Origin: an uncultured Candidatus Saccharibacteria bacterium
GTDB taxonomy: Bacteria > Patescibacteriota > Saccharimonadia > Saccharimonadales > JALRHH01
Assembly: GCA_964639295.1 (NCBI GenBank)
Contig: CAZXDT010000001.1
Location: forward strand, 245,068 to 309,067
Length of the DNA stretch: 64,000 nucleotides
Reading direction: 5' to 3'
In this document: piece by piece, positions 27,348 through 35,984 of the stretch
Layout of the letters: every line of letters begins with the position of its first letter
Numbering within the stretch: the first letter of the stretch is position 1
Made by a program: the position numbers and the translations under genes
Notes under the pieces: generated by a model
What the model was told of the DNA's origin: nothing
What the model saw: the letters and a program-made list of their open reading frames with translations, nothing else
Database searches by the model: none

Positions 27348-27483
27348 ATAGTATGCCGGTAAGAGCCTCCAGTGGCAAGTGCTGAATGCGAAACCGCGAT
27401 TTTTATGTACGCGTATTTTGCATATTTTGTGGTCAGAATTGAGCCCTCAAAAAATATAAAAGGTAACGTTCTGAGCACAAAAT

Positions 27484-27516
27484 AAAAAGCAGGGATTGCG
27501 AGATTCCCTGCTTTTA
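27484..27516. terminator. Bidirectional intrinsic terminator hairpin
   Basis: Stem AGCAGGGA (27488-27495) / TCCCTGCT (27505-27512), flanked by an A-run and a T-run. Confidence 0.5.
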
Positions 27517-27619
27517 TAAATAACCGATTTTTGTTTTTGTTTGGTTTGGAGTTTTTAGGTTTTGCTTGGTATTCCTTACGAAACCCGTTGCTCAAAACCT
27601 GATAGAGATTATGCTTCAT

Positions 27620-27777
27620 GTGTCCACAGGATGCAAGTGTTTTTGAATAAAAAAATGATTCATTTTCCACAGACGATTTTGACCCCTGTTAAATCTGGGG
27701 ATATCTATCACCATATGAAGGCCTAAGACTACATACACTATTTGAACCTGTGGAAAATGTGTTCTACTTTTTCCACT
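27620..27777. promoter_or_regulatory. Cluster of four DnaA-box-like 9-mers in a 590-bp intergenic region
   Basis: GTGTCCACA 27620-27628 (+), TTTTCCACA 27663-27671 (+), TGTGGAAAA 27749-27757 (TTTTCCACA on the minus strand), TTTTCCACT 27769-27777 (+). The consensus is TTATCCACA. An adjacent T/G-rich low-complexity tract lies at ~27525-27575. Confidence 0.35.
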
Positions 27778-27883
27778 GATTTATGTAGCGTTTGGGGGTT
27801 AAAAAATAGATTTCTGATGCAATCCTTAGGCCTAAAAATCTAAAATTAGCGTGCTGTTTTAAAGCCTCAAAACACTAACTACT

Positions 27884-27914
27884 AATAAAATACCCGCCAT
27901 ATTCTGGCGGGTAT
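27884..27914 (-). terminator. Intrinsic terminator of rplU
   Basis: Stem ATACCCGCC (27890-27898) / GGCGGGTAT (27906-27914), followed on the minus strand by TTTTATT. It lies 26 nt after the rplU stop. Confidence 0.75.
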
Positions 27915-27939
27915 TTTCAAGCAAAATTATGTAGGCTGA

Positions 27940-28248
27940 CTACGCGATTTTGGTGATCTTGATTTGAGTATTGTGTTGGCGGTGACCACGTACTGTGTGT
28001 ACGCGCTTCTTGGCCTTATAGCGAATTGATGTGACCTTATCGGCCTGGACATCATCCACTAACACTTCAGCGGTTACCTTGGCGCCTGAAACTTCAGGTG
28101 TGCCGACAGTAGCTTTGTCGCCGTCAATAACAAGAAGGGGTACAAAAGTAGCAGTTTTGCCTTCTTGTTTGAGGAGTTCGATTTTGAGGACTTCGCCCTC
28201 TGCGACTAGGTACTGCTTACCACCTGTCGCAATTACAGCTTTTTTCAT
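27940..28248 (-). CDS. rplU: 50S ribosomal protein L21
   Basis: 102 aa. MKKAVIATGGKQYLVAEGEVLKIE...RYKAKKRVHTVRGHRQHNTQIKI is the typical L21 sequence pattern. Confidence 0.95.
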   Translation of the reverse strand: MKKAVIATGGKQYLVAEGEVLKIELLKQEGKTATFVPLLVIDGDKATVGTPEVSGAKVTAEVLVDDVQADKVTSIRYKAKKRVHTVRGHRQHNTQIKITKIA

Positions 28249-28317
28249 GAACTTCTTTCGATTAGAAATTGATTAACCTGACAAGTTTAACAGATTAGGG
28301 ACCGCTTGTAAACACCC

Positions 28318-31176
28318 TTACTGGCGTTCTAAACCTACGACAAGACTCTTACCTTCAACCTGAACTTCAGTTGAGTAGGACTTTTCGCCCTCGTTATGAA
28401 GAGACACTGCCAGGGTTTCAGTCTTAATATCCACTGTGAACTCCGTAATAGCCTCTGTAAGCTCTGCGTCGTCTGTAGTAAGCACAAGTGTTATGCGGTC
28501 ATCGACATTCAGTCCTGCAGCCTTACGAGCGGTCTGGACGTTACGTACCACCTCGCGCATAAGTCCCTCTCTCTTAAGTTCGGGGGTCAAATCCGTATCA
28601 ATTGCCAGTTCTGGGCCTACTTTTACTTCTTTGACGTTCAGTTCATCCTTGAGAATATCTTCAAAGTTCACGAACTCGCCAATCCGAGGCACCGTAACAC
28701 TTGCCAGAGGTTGACGTACTTTGAGACGCGATGATGCACGCAATGATAACCCCTGGTTTACATACTCACGAACTTCTTCCATATCTGTTACGACAAGTTC
28801 GTTGACGTGGCCAGCCGGTAGCCAGTCCTGTAAATGTACGCTTTCGCCCCCTGTAAGTTTCTGGAACAACTCCTCTGCAAGGAATGGCGTAAACGGTGCT
28901 AATACATAGCTAAGGCGCACTAAGACGTAGTGGAGTGTCTTATAGGCCATCGCCTTGTCGCCATCATCCTCACTCTTCCAAAAACGACGACGACTCCGAC
29001 GTACATACCAGTTAGATGCATCTTCGATGAAAGGCAAAATAGGTTTAACGGCATTTGGTATGTCATAGCGCTCCATATGTGTTTCTACCTCTGATACGAG
29101 CTGATGCAGGCGGCTCACAATCCAGTGATCAAGCGGGTTCGTACACTCTGGAGAAGGGTCCTCTAATGTACCACTCCACTCCCAGTTATCTACCTCTGCA
29201 TACATCGTGAAGAAGTCGTACATATTCCACACCATGCTCAGCTTACGGGCCACATCTCCAACTTCTTTATCTTGAAGAGCAAAATCTTCGCCGTTTAGGA
29301 GCGGACTCTGTAAAAGCAAGAAACGAAGGCTGTCCGCACTGTACTGATCCATTAATTCATTCGGATCAGTATAGTTGCCGTAGGACTTACTCATTTTACG
29401 ACCGTCATTACCAGCGACGTTGCCGGTAACAATAACGTTCTTAAAGGCATTCTTACCAAACAATCCAACATTTACGGCGTGGACATAATAGAACCATGCA
29501 CGAACCTGACCGATGTATTCTACGATGAAATCACCAGGGAAATTGGCTTCAAACTTCTCTACATTCTCAAAGGGGTAATGGAACTGGGCGAATGGCATAC
29601 TACCGGCCTCAAACCAGCTATCCATCACCTTATCTATGCGCTTGTAAGTAACTCCGTCAATTTCAAAGGTAATTTCATCTACCCAAGGACGATGGTAATC
29701 ATCAAGTCGCTTACCAGAGAGCTGCTCAAGTTCATCATAACTCCCAATCACCTTCCGGTGGAGCTTGCCATGCTCATCAGTACCTTCCCAGATTGGCATC
29801 GGGGAGGCCCAGAAACGATCTCTAGACAGGTTCCAATCCGGAGCAGTCTGAACCGTCTTCTCGAAACGACCGTGCTTTACGTGCTCTGGGAACCAATTGA
29901 TGTTCTCGGTGTTTTCCTCGAGCATCAATTCCTTTTGGTCCTGGATATTCATGAACCAACTGGGGTGAGCTCGGTACATGAGTTTGGTACCACAACGGTG
30001 ACAGTGTGGATAGCTGTGGCGGACATAGTCAATCTTCCAGACAATACCCTTTTCATAGAGGTCCTTGGCTATTTGTTTGTTGATATCCCAAACATAGCTC
30101 CCCTTCCAATCTAACTCCGTGAAATGACCGGTTTCATCTATGCTGTGCACCACAGGGATCTTGTGTTGCTGGGCGAGAACAAAGTCTTCTTCACCATAAG
30201 CCGGTGCCAAGTGGACGATACCGGTACCGTCTTCAGCACTTACATAGTCGGCAGCCCAGACTTTGTGGGCATTTTCACCCCTGTCTGTGAAAAGTGGCTC
30301 ATATGACTTACCTACTAGATCTTTGCCCTTTAACTCTTGTAGGATGGTGTGCTCAAGTGGCTGGTGTCTTTCATCCGTTAGAACTTTTGCAACTAATTCC
30401 TTAGCAAGCACAAACTTCTCTTCGCCAACCTGTACTTCAACATAGTGAAGATCTTTATTAACAGCGAGAGCTGTATTTGCTGGCAATGTCCAAGGGGTAG
30501 TAGTCCAAGCTAATAGCGTGAGCCCACCTTCAAGCTTAAACTTCACATATACAGATGGATCAGTTACATCCTGGTATGCGCCAGAGTCCATGGTAACCTC
30601 AGCCTTTGAGAGTGGTGTGGCGTCCTGAGTACAGTACATTAGTACCTTTTCACCTTCGTAAATCTTACCCTTGTCATAGAGCATCTTGAAGGCCCACCAG
30701 ACAGATTCCATGTATTTATTATCCATTGTCTTGTAAGCACCCTTGAAATCAACCCAACGGCCTACACGATCGATTGTGTCCTCCCAGAGTGAACTGGTTT
30801 GAACCATATTCTCACGTGCAGCAACGATGTAATTCTCTAATCCATATTCCAAAATCTCGTCTTTGCCCTTGATACCAAGCTTCTTCTCGGTATACACCTC
30901 AGCCGGCAAGCCATGACAGTCCCAGCCCCAGACGCGCTCAACTCGCTTACCTTTCATAGTCCAAAACCGTGGCACAGCATCTTTAACGATGGAGCTCAGG
31001 AGTGTTCCGTGGTGAGGAACACCGGTAATGAACGGAGGACCATCATAGAAGATATAACTATTGCTAGCTGAACGTTGCTCAACTGACTTCTCAAAAGTCT
31101 TGTTATGTTTCCACTGCTGCACTAGGTCCTTTTCATACTCGAGCGCACGGCGGCGACTGTTTGCCTTAAACTTCAT
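28318..31176 (-). CDS. ileS: Isoleucyl-tRNA synthetase (type 2-like)
   Basis: 952 aa. Class I motifs PPFITGVPHHGTLL (HIGH region) and GRKMSKSYGNY (KMSKS). It has the GWDCHGLPAE and editing-domain pattern of IleRS rather than ValRS or LeuRS. SD GGGGAGA precedes the ATG. Confidence 0.9.
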   Translation of the reverse strand: MKFKANSRRRALEYEKDLVQQWKHNKTFEKSVEQRSASNSYIFYDGPPFITGVPHHGTLLSSIVKDAVPRFWTMKGKRVERVWGWDCHGLPAEVYTEKKLGIKGKDEILEYGLENYIVAARENMVQTSSLWEDTIDRVGRWVDFKGAYKTMDNKYMESVWWAFKMLYDKGKIYEGEKVLMYCTQDATPLSKAEVTMDSGAYQDVTDPSVYVKFKLEGGLTLLAWTTTPWTLPANTALAVNKDLHYVEVQVGEEKFVLAKELVAKVLTDERHQPLEHTILQELKGKDLVGKSYEPLFTDRGENAHKVWAADYVSAEDGTGIVHLAPAYGEEDFVLAQQHKIPVVHSIDETGHFTELDWKGSYVWDINKQIAKDLYEKGIVWKIDYVRHSYPHCHRCGTKLMYRAHPSWFMNIQDQKELMLEENTENINWFPEHVKHGRFEKTVQTAPDWNLSRDRFWASPMPIWEGTDEHGKLHRKVIGSYDELEQLSGKRLDDYHRPWVDEITFEIDGVTYKRIDKVMDSWFEAGSMPFAQFHYPFENVEKFEANFPGDFIVEYIGQVRAWFYYVHAVNVGLFGKNAFKNVIVTGNVAGNDGRKMSKSYGNYTDPNELMDQYSADSLRFLLLQSPLLNGEDFALQDKEVGDVARKLSMVWNMYDFFTMYAEVDNWEWSGTLEDPSPECTNPLDHWIVSRLHQLVSEVETHMERYDIPNAVKPILPFIEDASNWYVRRSRRRFWKSEDDGDKAMAYKTLHYVLVRLSYVLAPFTPFLAEELFQKLTGGESVHLQDWLPAGHVNELVVTDMEEVREYVNQGLSLRASSRLKVRQPLASVTVPRIGEFVNFEDILKDELNVKEVKVGPELAIDTDLTPELKREGLMREVVRNVQTARKAAGLNVDDRITLVLTTDDAELTEAITEFTVDIKTETLAVSLHNEGEKSYSTEVQVEGKSLVVGLERQ

Positions 31177-31369
31177 CTATGTCTCCCCTATTTGAGTATT
31201 CTAGTCCAACAAGTACGGAGGCTATTCGTGATACGCTCTCGTCACTTAAGCCATCCCAATCTTCAAAATCAACGTCTAATCCCTGTTTTCTGAGAGAAAT
31301 AGCTAATTGCACTCTATCTAGTACGAGGAGTTCTGTGTCACCATTTGGTTGTAGTATTTCGTGTGTCAT
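31166..31369 (-). CDS. Small acidic hypothetical protein (67 aa) between the T-box leader and ileS
   Basis: ORF track. SD AAGGA sits 6 nt before the ATG. The 3' end overlaps the ileS start by 11 nt, which suggests translational coupling. No family recognised. Confidence 0.6.
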   Translation of the reverse strand: MTHEILQPNGDTELLVLDRVQLAISLRKQGLDVDFEDWDGLSDESVSRIASVLVGLEYSNRGDIDEV

Positions 31370-31384
31370 ATTGATCCTTAAATT

Positions 31385-31577
31385 ACAAAAAATCCCTGTT
31401 TAGTCACTGGAATCCGCATCTCGCGGACGGTACCATCCAGTTTCTAAAAAGAGATTCTTTTTAGCGCTTATTTACCTGATCTGTCGTGTCAGTTCCGTCG
31501 GATTCTACTTGGCTTACGCCGTTCTTCCCGCTCCTCACAGTTGATAGCTGTTTCACGCTGTTAGCGATAGGATTATG
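31385..31577 (-). promoter_or_regulatory. Candidate T-box riboswitch leader (tRNA-Ile responsive) upstream of the small ORF and ileS
   Basis: The minus-strand RNA has a canonical antiterminator at 31440-31407. Its parts are A1 CUGGA, a 7-nt bulge UGGUACC, A2 GUCCGC, loop GAGAU, GCGGAU and UCCAG. UGGU is complementary to ACCA with the A73 discriminator. A Stem-III-like hairpin CUAAAAAGA-AUC-UCUUUUUAG precedes it. An alternative long helix ends in the U-run at 31392-31387. AUC triplets occur at 31480-31478 (followed by A) and at 31503-31501. Confidence 0.65.
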
Positions 31578-31583
31578 TCCTTC

Positions 31584-31612
31584 ATTGTAGACCATTTTGC
31601 AACAGTCTGCAA
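31584..31612 (-). promoter_or_regulatory. Putative sigma70-type promoter driving the T-box leader
   Basis: The minus strand reads TTGCAG (31612-31607), 17 nt, TACAAT (31589-31584). Confidence 0.5.
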
Positions 31613-31614
31613 CT

Positions 31615-31878
31615 CTATGAATTTGCGTAGGCGGCAACTTCGTTCATCAGGGGTAGTTGCTCCCCTGACCAGAATTGCAGGAGTTCTCCAGTATCTCGTA
31701 ACGCTAATATTGTTGGATATTGCACGATATCATACATAGCCGCCATAGTAGCCCCTTCTCGTGTCTCTACACTGATCAGTTCCGGCTTGACCGACTGTTG
31801 TCTTTCAATATCGTGAGCAAACTCCTCTACAGGACGCGCAAACTCGGAATCAGGTCGATATAAAATAGTAATCTTCAT
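31615..31878 (-). CDS. Small hypothetical protein (87 aa), possibly thioredoxin-fold-like but without a CxxC motif
   Basis: ORF track (MKITILYRPDSEFARPVEEF...). The fold guess comes from the beta-alpha-beta start only. No catalytic motif is present. Confidence 0.55.
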   Translation of the reverse strand: MKITILYRPDSEFARPVEEFAHDIERQQSVKPELISVETREGATMAAMYDIVQYPTILALRDTGELLQFWSGEQLPLMNEVAAYANS

Positions 31879-31944
31879 ACCTAAAAGTCTACCATAAGCC
31901 TCATCAAAACATTACCACTTTGCTCTCTGATAATGATCTATAAA

Positions 31945-32253
31945 TTAACGACGAAAGATGCCTCTCTGCTTAACCATAGATAGCATAAACCATGGAACAA
32001 TAATTAGAACTCCTAGTCCAATAAATAGTAGTAGAATAGATCTGATATCTCCATCAGTACTCTCACTAACAGCCCAGAATAGAATGCCACAAGGTATAAA
32101 AACTGTGGCTGTAGCGTTTCCTGCATAGAAACGGTCGCTGCTCGTCCTTGTCCAGTGCTTTGGATTCTTGAGACCCGCAAGAAAGAGCTTTAAAAAAATA
32201 AGATACATAACAAGTAGTGCTCCTAGGGAAAGTATCTTGTATTCCACATTCAT
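31945..32253 (-). CDS. Hypothetical integral membrane protein (102 aa, ~3 TM)
   Basis: ORF track. Hydrophobic segments include LSLGALLVMYLIFLKLFLAGL, VFIPCGILFWAV and ILLLFIGLGVLIIVPWFML. Confidence 0.6.
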   Translation of the reverse strand: MNVEYKILSLGALLVMYLIFLKLFLAGLKNPKHWTRTSSDRFYAGNATATVFIPCGILFWAVSESTDGDIRSILLLFIGLGVLIIVPWFMLSMVKQRGIFRR

Positions 32254-32282
32254 GAGGATAGTATAGCGTACGGGTGAGGTTG

Positions 32283-32439
32283 GTGGCTCTGAATCTTCCT
32301 GACTAGATGTTGTGAGCTTGAGGCGGCCTTGGGGCCGAGAGTTGTTTGAGCAAAAGAGCAGTCCTATGGACTGTGTTTTGTGAGTTCTCGAGGTAGCCTC
32401 AAGGTGACAACAGATAGATCAAGAAGATTCAGTTGCCAC
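32283..32439 (-). other. Long imperfect inverted repeat; candidate structured RNA between the nrdJ terminator and the 102-aa membrane protein gene
   Basis: The arms at 32283-32324 and 32396-32439 pair over ~40 nt (GTGGC/GCCAC, TCTGAATCTTC/GAAGATTCAG, CTTGAGGC/GCCTCAAG). One arm difference is a G-U wobble only in minus sense. The interior holds sub-hairpins (CAGTCC-ATAG-GACTG, CGGCC-CCAA-GGCCG). Two further hairpins lie at 32447-32476 and 32482-32497. Confidence 0.35.
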
Positions 32440-32502
32440 GAGATCTTTTGCTTCTTTTGGATCGGCGCCAAAAGAAGGTGGGCGGACATTCATGTCCGTA
32501 CG

Positions 32503-32536
32503 CAATTAAAAAACGGGGATTTCTCCCCGTTTTTTC
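32503..32536. terminator. Intrinsic terminator of nrdJ (bidirectional form)
   Basis: Stem ACGGGGA (32513-32519) / TCCCCGT (32524-32530), flanked by an A-run and a T-run. It lies 19-25 nt after the nrdJ stop on the minus strand. Confidence 0.8.
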
Positions 32537-32554
32537 GCTAGAGACTAGAGTAGC

Positions 32555-35317
32555 CTATGAGCAACCGGTGGTTGAGCCACAACTGGTACAGACGTAGCAT
32601 GAACCTGCTTTTTGGGTCTGGTTGCCACAGTTGTAACAGAGTGGTGCATCCGTATCGGTCTTGATAGACTTTGGTGCTTCTACCTTAGCGGCTTTTGGAG
32701 CCTCTACAGGCGCAGGAGCAACTGGAGCGATATCTGCTTTAACTTCTGCCACTGGAGCATCTAGCAAGCTCGTCTGCTCTTCTGGCATGTCATCAATTGA
32801 TGCAAGGCCAAGTTCGAGGCGCTCGTCAAATGACAAGTAACTGAGTGCTAGACGCTTAGCGATGTAATCCATCAGAGATGAAGCAGTGCGGATCTCTGGG
32901 TCATCAGTGATGCCAGATGGTGCAAATGACATACTCGTGAATGACTTAACGTAGTCTTTCAGTGGTACACCGTATTGTAGGCCGTGGCTAACTGATATAG
33001 CCAGTGAATCCATGAAGCCCGCCAGGGTTGAACCCTGCTTAGCGAGTCGCATAAACACTTCACCTGGGCGACCATCATCATACTCACCAACAGTTAGGTA
33101 ACCATGGCTACCAGCAACAGTGAATGAGAACGTCTTGGAGTTACGAACCTTAGGTAGTGGTGTGCGGATGGTACCCTTTACAATGATCTTCTCGTTCATT
33201 GATTCAAGAGTTACATCTTCTTTCTTGTCTGCGCCGTCCTTCTTAGCCATAGAGAGTGGCTGGCCAACCTTACAGTTGTCACGGTAGATAGCGACAGCCT
33301 TGAGGCCCATCTTCCATGAGTCAATGTGTAGTTGCTCTACATCTTCAACTGTTGCTTCTTCTGGCATGTTAACTGTCTTACTAATAGCACCAGATATAAA
33401 TGGTTGTACTGCAGCCATCATCTTAACGTGGCCAAGATAGTGAATTGAGTTATCACCCATGGAACAAGCAAAGACATTTTCGTGCTCTTTCTTGAGGTGA
33501 GGAGCACCAAGTATTGTCTTTTCTACATCAATGTAGTTCACAATATCGTCAACTTGTTCCTTGTTGTAGCCAAGTGCCTTGAGGGCACGTGGCACTGTCT
33601 GGTTCACGATACTCATAGTACCGCCACCGACCAACTTCTTGACCTTAACAAGGCCGAGATCTGGCTCAATACCAGTGGTGTCACAGTCCATCATTAGGCC
33701 AATGGTTCCCGTTGGAGCCAAGACTGATGCCTGTGAGTTACGAACACCGTATTGGGTACCAAGTTCAACAGCTTCGTCCCATGCAGTTGCAGCAGCACTG
33801 AGGAGTTCCTCGGATACAAGGCTGGCATCGATGTCACGAACTGCTTCACGGTGTTGCTTGAGTACTCCGAGCATGCCATCACGGTCTTTGTGGAAGCCAC
33901 TGAATGGACCGACACGGTTAGCAATCTTAGCACTTGTAGCGTAACTGTGACCCGTCATAAGCGCTGTAATTGCAGCTGCTTGTGCACGACCTTCGTCTGA
34001 GTCGTATGGAAGACCCTGAGCCATAAGAAGTGCACCGAGGTTAGCGTAGCCGATACCGAGTTCACGGTAAGCCTTAGCGTTCTTGGTAATCTTCTCTGTT
34101 GGGTACTCACTGTAACCAACCAAAATTTCTTGTGCGGTAAAGATCAGCTCAACTGTGTGCTTGAAGGCTTCAATATCAAAGCTAAAGTCGTCTTTCAAGT
34201 ACTTGAGCAAGTTGATACTTGCCAAGTTACAAGCTGAGTCATCAAGGTGCATGTACTCACTACAAGGGTTAGAGGCGTTAATACGACCTGCGTTTGGAGT
34301 GGTGTGCCACTTGTTAATGGTCGTATCGAACTGCATGCCTGGATCAGCACACGCCCATGCGGCTTGGTTGATCTGACGGAAGAGCTCACGAGCCCTGACG
34401 GTCTTAATAGCCTTGCCAGTAGTAACAGCACGGAGATCCCAGTTGTCATCGTTAAGGACGGCTTGCATGAAGTCATCACTAACGCGAACAGAGTTGTTAG
34501 CGTTCTGATACTGTACAGAGAAGATATCCTTACCGTCGACACCCATTTCGAAGCCTGCATCTTGTAAGACACGGGCTTTTTCTTCTTCACGAGCCTTAGC
34601 CCAAATGAATTCTTCTACATCTGGGTGGTCAACGTTTAGGATGACCATCTTAGCTGCACGACGTGTCTTACCACCACTCTTAATAGCGCCTGCAGATGCA
34701 TCCGCACCACGCATAAAGCTCAGTGGACCAGAGGCAGTACCAGCACTCTTGCCAAGCTTCTCCATTGAAGAACGGATAACACTCAGGTTAATTCCAGAAC
34801 CAGAACCACCCTTAAAGACCATTCCTTCTTCGGTGTACCAGTTAAGAATAGCTGGCATAGTGTCCTCAATACCGAGGATGAAACAAGCACTTGCTTGCTG
34901 TGCACGTTCAGGTGCACCGATGTTAAACCAAACTGGTGAGTTAAAAGCTGCGCGCTGTGAGGCAAGCACGTACTTAAGTTCCTCACGGAAGTCTTCACCT
35001 TCTGCTTCGGTTTCAAAGTAACCTTCTTGCATACCCTGACGAGTCACGGTATCTACGACACGATCAATGAGCTTCTTAAGCCCGTCTTCACGGTCTGCAT
35101 CACCAGGAGTACCCGTAAAGTACTTCTGCGCTACGATGTTAATTGCGTTAATAGAAAAGCCCTCTGGAAACTCGACACCGAGTTGCTCAAAGACAGGCTT
35201 GCCAGTTATAGGGTTCATGATTACTGAATCACGCTTAGCCCACTTTAATTGGTCATACCCTTTGCTTTTTGCGGGCGTAAACAGACGCCTGCGGCCCAGG
35301 ATTGTATTTTGTCCCAT
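32555..35317 (-). CDS. nrdJ: Adenosylcobalamin-dependent ribonucleotide reductase (class II)
   Basis: 920 aa. Conserved class II blocks are ACFILGIEDTM, GGSGSGINLSVIR, NPCSEYMHLDDSACNLASINL and VAIYRDNCK. The C-terminal Cys cluster is CYNCGNQTQKAGSCYVCTSCGSTTGCS. SD GAGGG precedes the ATG. Confidence 0.92.
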   Translation of the reverse strand: MGQNTILGRRRLFTPAKSKGYDQLKWAKRDSVIMNPITGKPVFEQLGVEFPEGFSINAINIVAQKYFTGTPGDADREDGLKKLIDRVVDTVTRQGMQEGYFETEAEGEDFREELKYVLASQRAAFNSPVWFNIGAPERAQQASACFILGIEDTMPAILNWYTEEGMVFKGGSGSGINLSVIRSSMEKLGKSAGTASGPLSFMRGADASAGAIKSGGKTRRAAKMVILNVDHPDVEEFIWAKAREEEKARVLQDAGFEMGVDGKDIFSVQYQNANNSVRVSDDFMQAVLNDDNWDLRAVTTGKAIKTVRARELFRQINQAAWACADPGMQFDTTINKWHTTPNAGRINASNPCSEYMHLDDSACNLASINLLKYLKDDFSFDIEAFKHTVELIFTAQEILVGYSEYPTEKITKNAKAYRELGIGYANLGALLMAQGLPYDSDEGRAQAAAITALMTGHSYATSAKIANRVGPFSGFHKDRDGMLGVLKQHREAVRDIDASLVSEELLSAAATAWDEAVELGTQYGVRNSQASVLAPTGTIGLMMDCDTTGIEPDLGLVKVKKLVGGGTMSIVNQTVPRALKALGYNKEQVDDIVNYIDVEKTILGAPHLKKEHENVFACSMGDNSIHYLGHVKMMAAVQPFISGAISKTVNMPEEATVEDVEQLHIDSWKMGLKAVAIYRDNCKVGQPLSMAKKDGADKKEDVTLESMNEKIIVKGTIRTPLPKVRNSKTFSFTVAGSHGYLTVGEYDDGRPGEVFMRLAKQGSTLAGFMDSLAISVSHGLQYGVPLKDYVKSFTSMSFAPSGITDDPEIRTASSLMDYIAKRLALSYLSFDERLELGLASIDDMPEEQTSLLDAPVAEVKADIAPVAPAPVEAPKAAKVEAPKSIKTDTDAPLCYNCGNQTQKAGSCYVCTSCGSTTGCS

Positions 35318-35504
35318 AGTACCCTCACTTATAGTTTTAATGATTATTTTGTTGTTTGTTTAGAGTCGTGGTGTCTCTCCTACCACTAGGCTCTCCTTGA
35401 ACCTTCATACCCTGTGTATACAGTTATACTCCCGTATGGGGGTAGTATCAAGTACCAAGGACAGCCGCTAAGGTGTGGTGACGAATCATCACCCGTCACC
35501 AGGG

Positions 35505-35984
35505 TTATGCCTTAGCGTTCCCTATTTTTCGTTCGCGAATTTGGATCAGTTCGCGTTCGAACCCTGCAATATCCTTGAAGCGTCGATAGACACTTGCAAA
35601 ACGGACATATGCTACTTCATTTAATGCTGCAAGCCGCTCCATAACCATTTCGCCTACCTTGCTTGTAGAAACCTCTTGGTCGCCACAGGCATGGATGTTT
35701 TGCTCAATATCGCTTACTAAGCGTTCGAGCTGCAGGCTGGTCACAGGAGTCTTCTCGCTCGCTCGATACAATCCAGCTAACAGTTTCTCGCGGTTAAAGA
35801 GTTCACGGTTACCGTCATTCTTTACCACAATAATCTGGGGCCGTTCTAGACGCTCATAGGTCGTAAAACGATGCTGACATTGTTCGCAGGCGCGGCGGCG
35901 GCGAATTGCTTCACCATCGGTTACATCCCTTGATTCAATGACTTTTGTATCGGCGTGCTGGCATTGACTACACTTCATGCACAC
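35505..35984 (-). CDS. nrdR: Transcriptional repressor NrdR
   Basis: Zn ribbon (CSQCQH..CEQCQHRFTTYER) plus ATP-cone. The true start is probably ATG at 35978 (MKCSQC), preceded by GAAGGAGGTG. The 35984 start is GTG. Confidence 0.95.
   Translation of the reverse strand: MCMKCSQCQHADTKVIESRDVTDGEAIRRRRACEQCQHRFTTYERLERPQIIVVKNDGNRELFNREKLLAGLYRASEKTPVTSLQLERLVSDIEQNIHACGDQEVSTSKVGEMVMERLAALNEVAYVRFASVYRRFKDIAGFERELIQIRERKIGNAKA

Noticed and set aside
27335-27670. A 111-aa minus-strand ORF in the rplU-downstream intergenic region
   Set aside because: The sequence has implausible low complexity. It runs straight through a terminator hairpin (27488-27512) and overlaps the start of the next gene. 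It has no SD.
32283-32439. Assigning the long hairpin to SRP RNA or 6S RNA
   Set aside because: The apical region lacks the conserved SRP helix-8 motif (GGUCC-GNRA-GGAAGCAGCC type). The interior looks like a multi-branch junction rather than the 6S central bubble. It is kept as an unassigned candidate only.
35318-35504. A cobalamin riboswitch in front of the B12-dependent nrdJ
   Set aside because: No B12-box (GCCACUG-type core) is present on the sense strand. B12 riboswitches normally repress B12-independent enzymes, not nrdJ.
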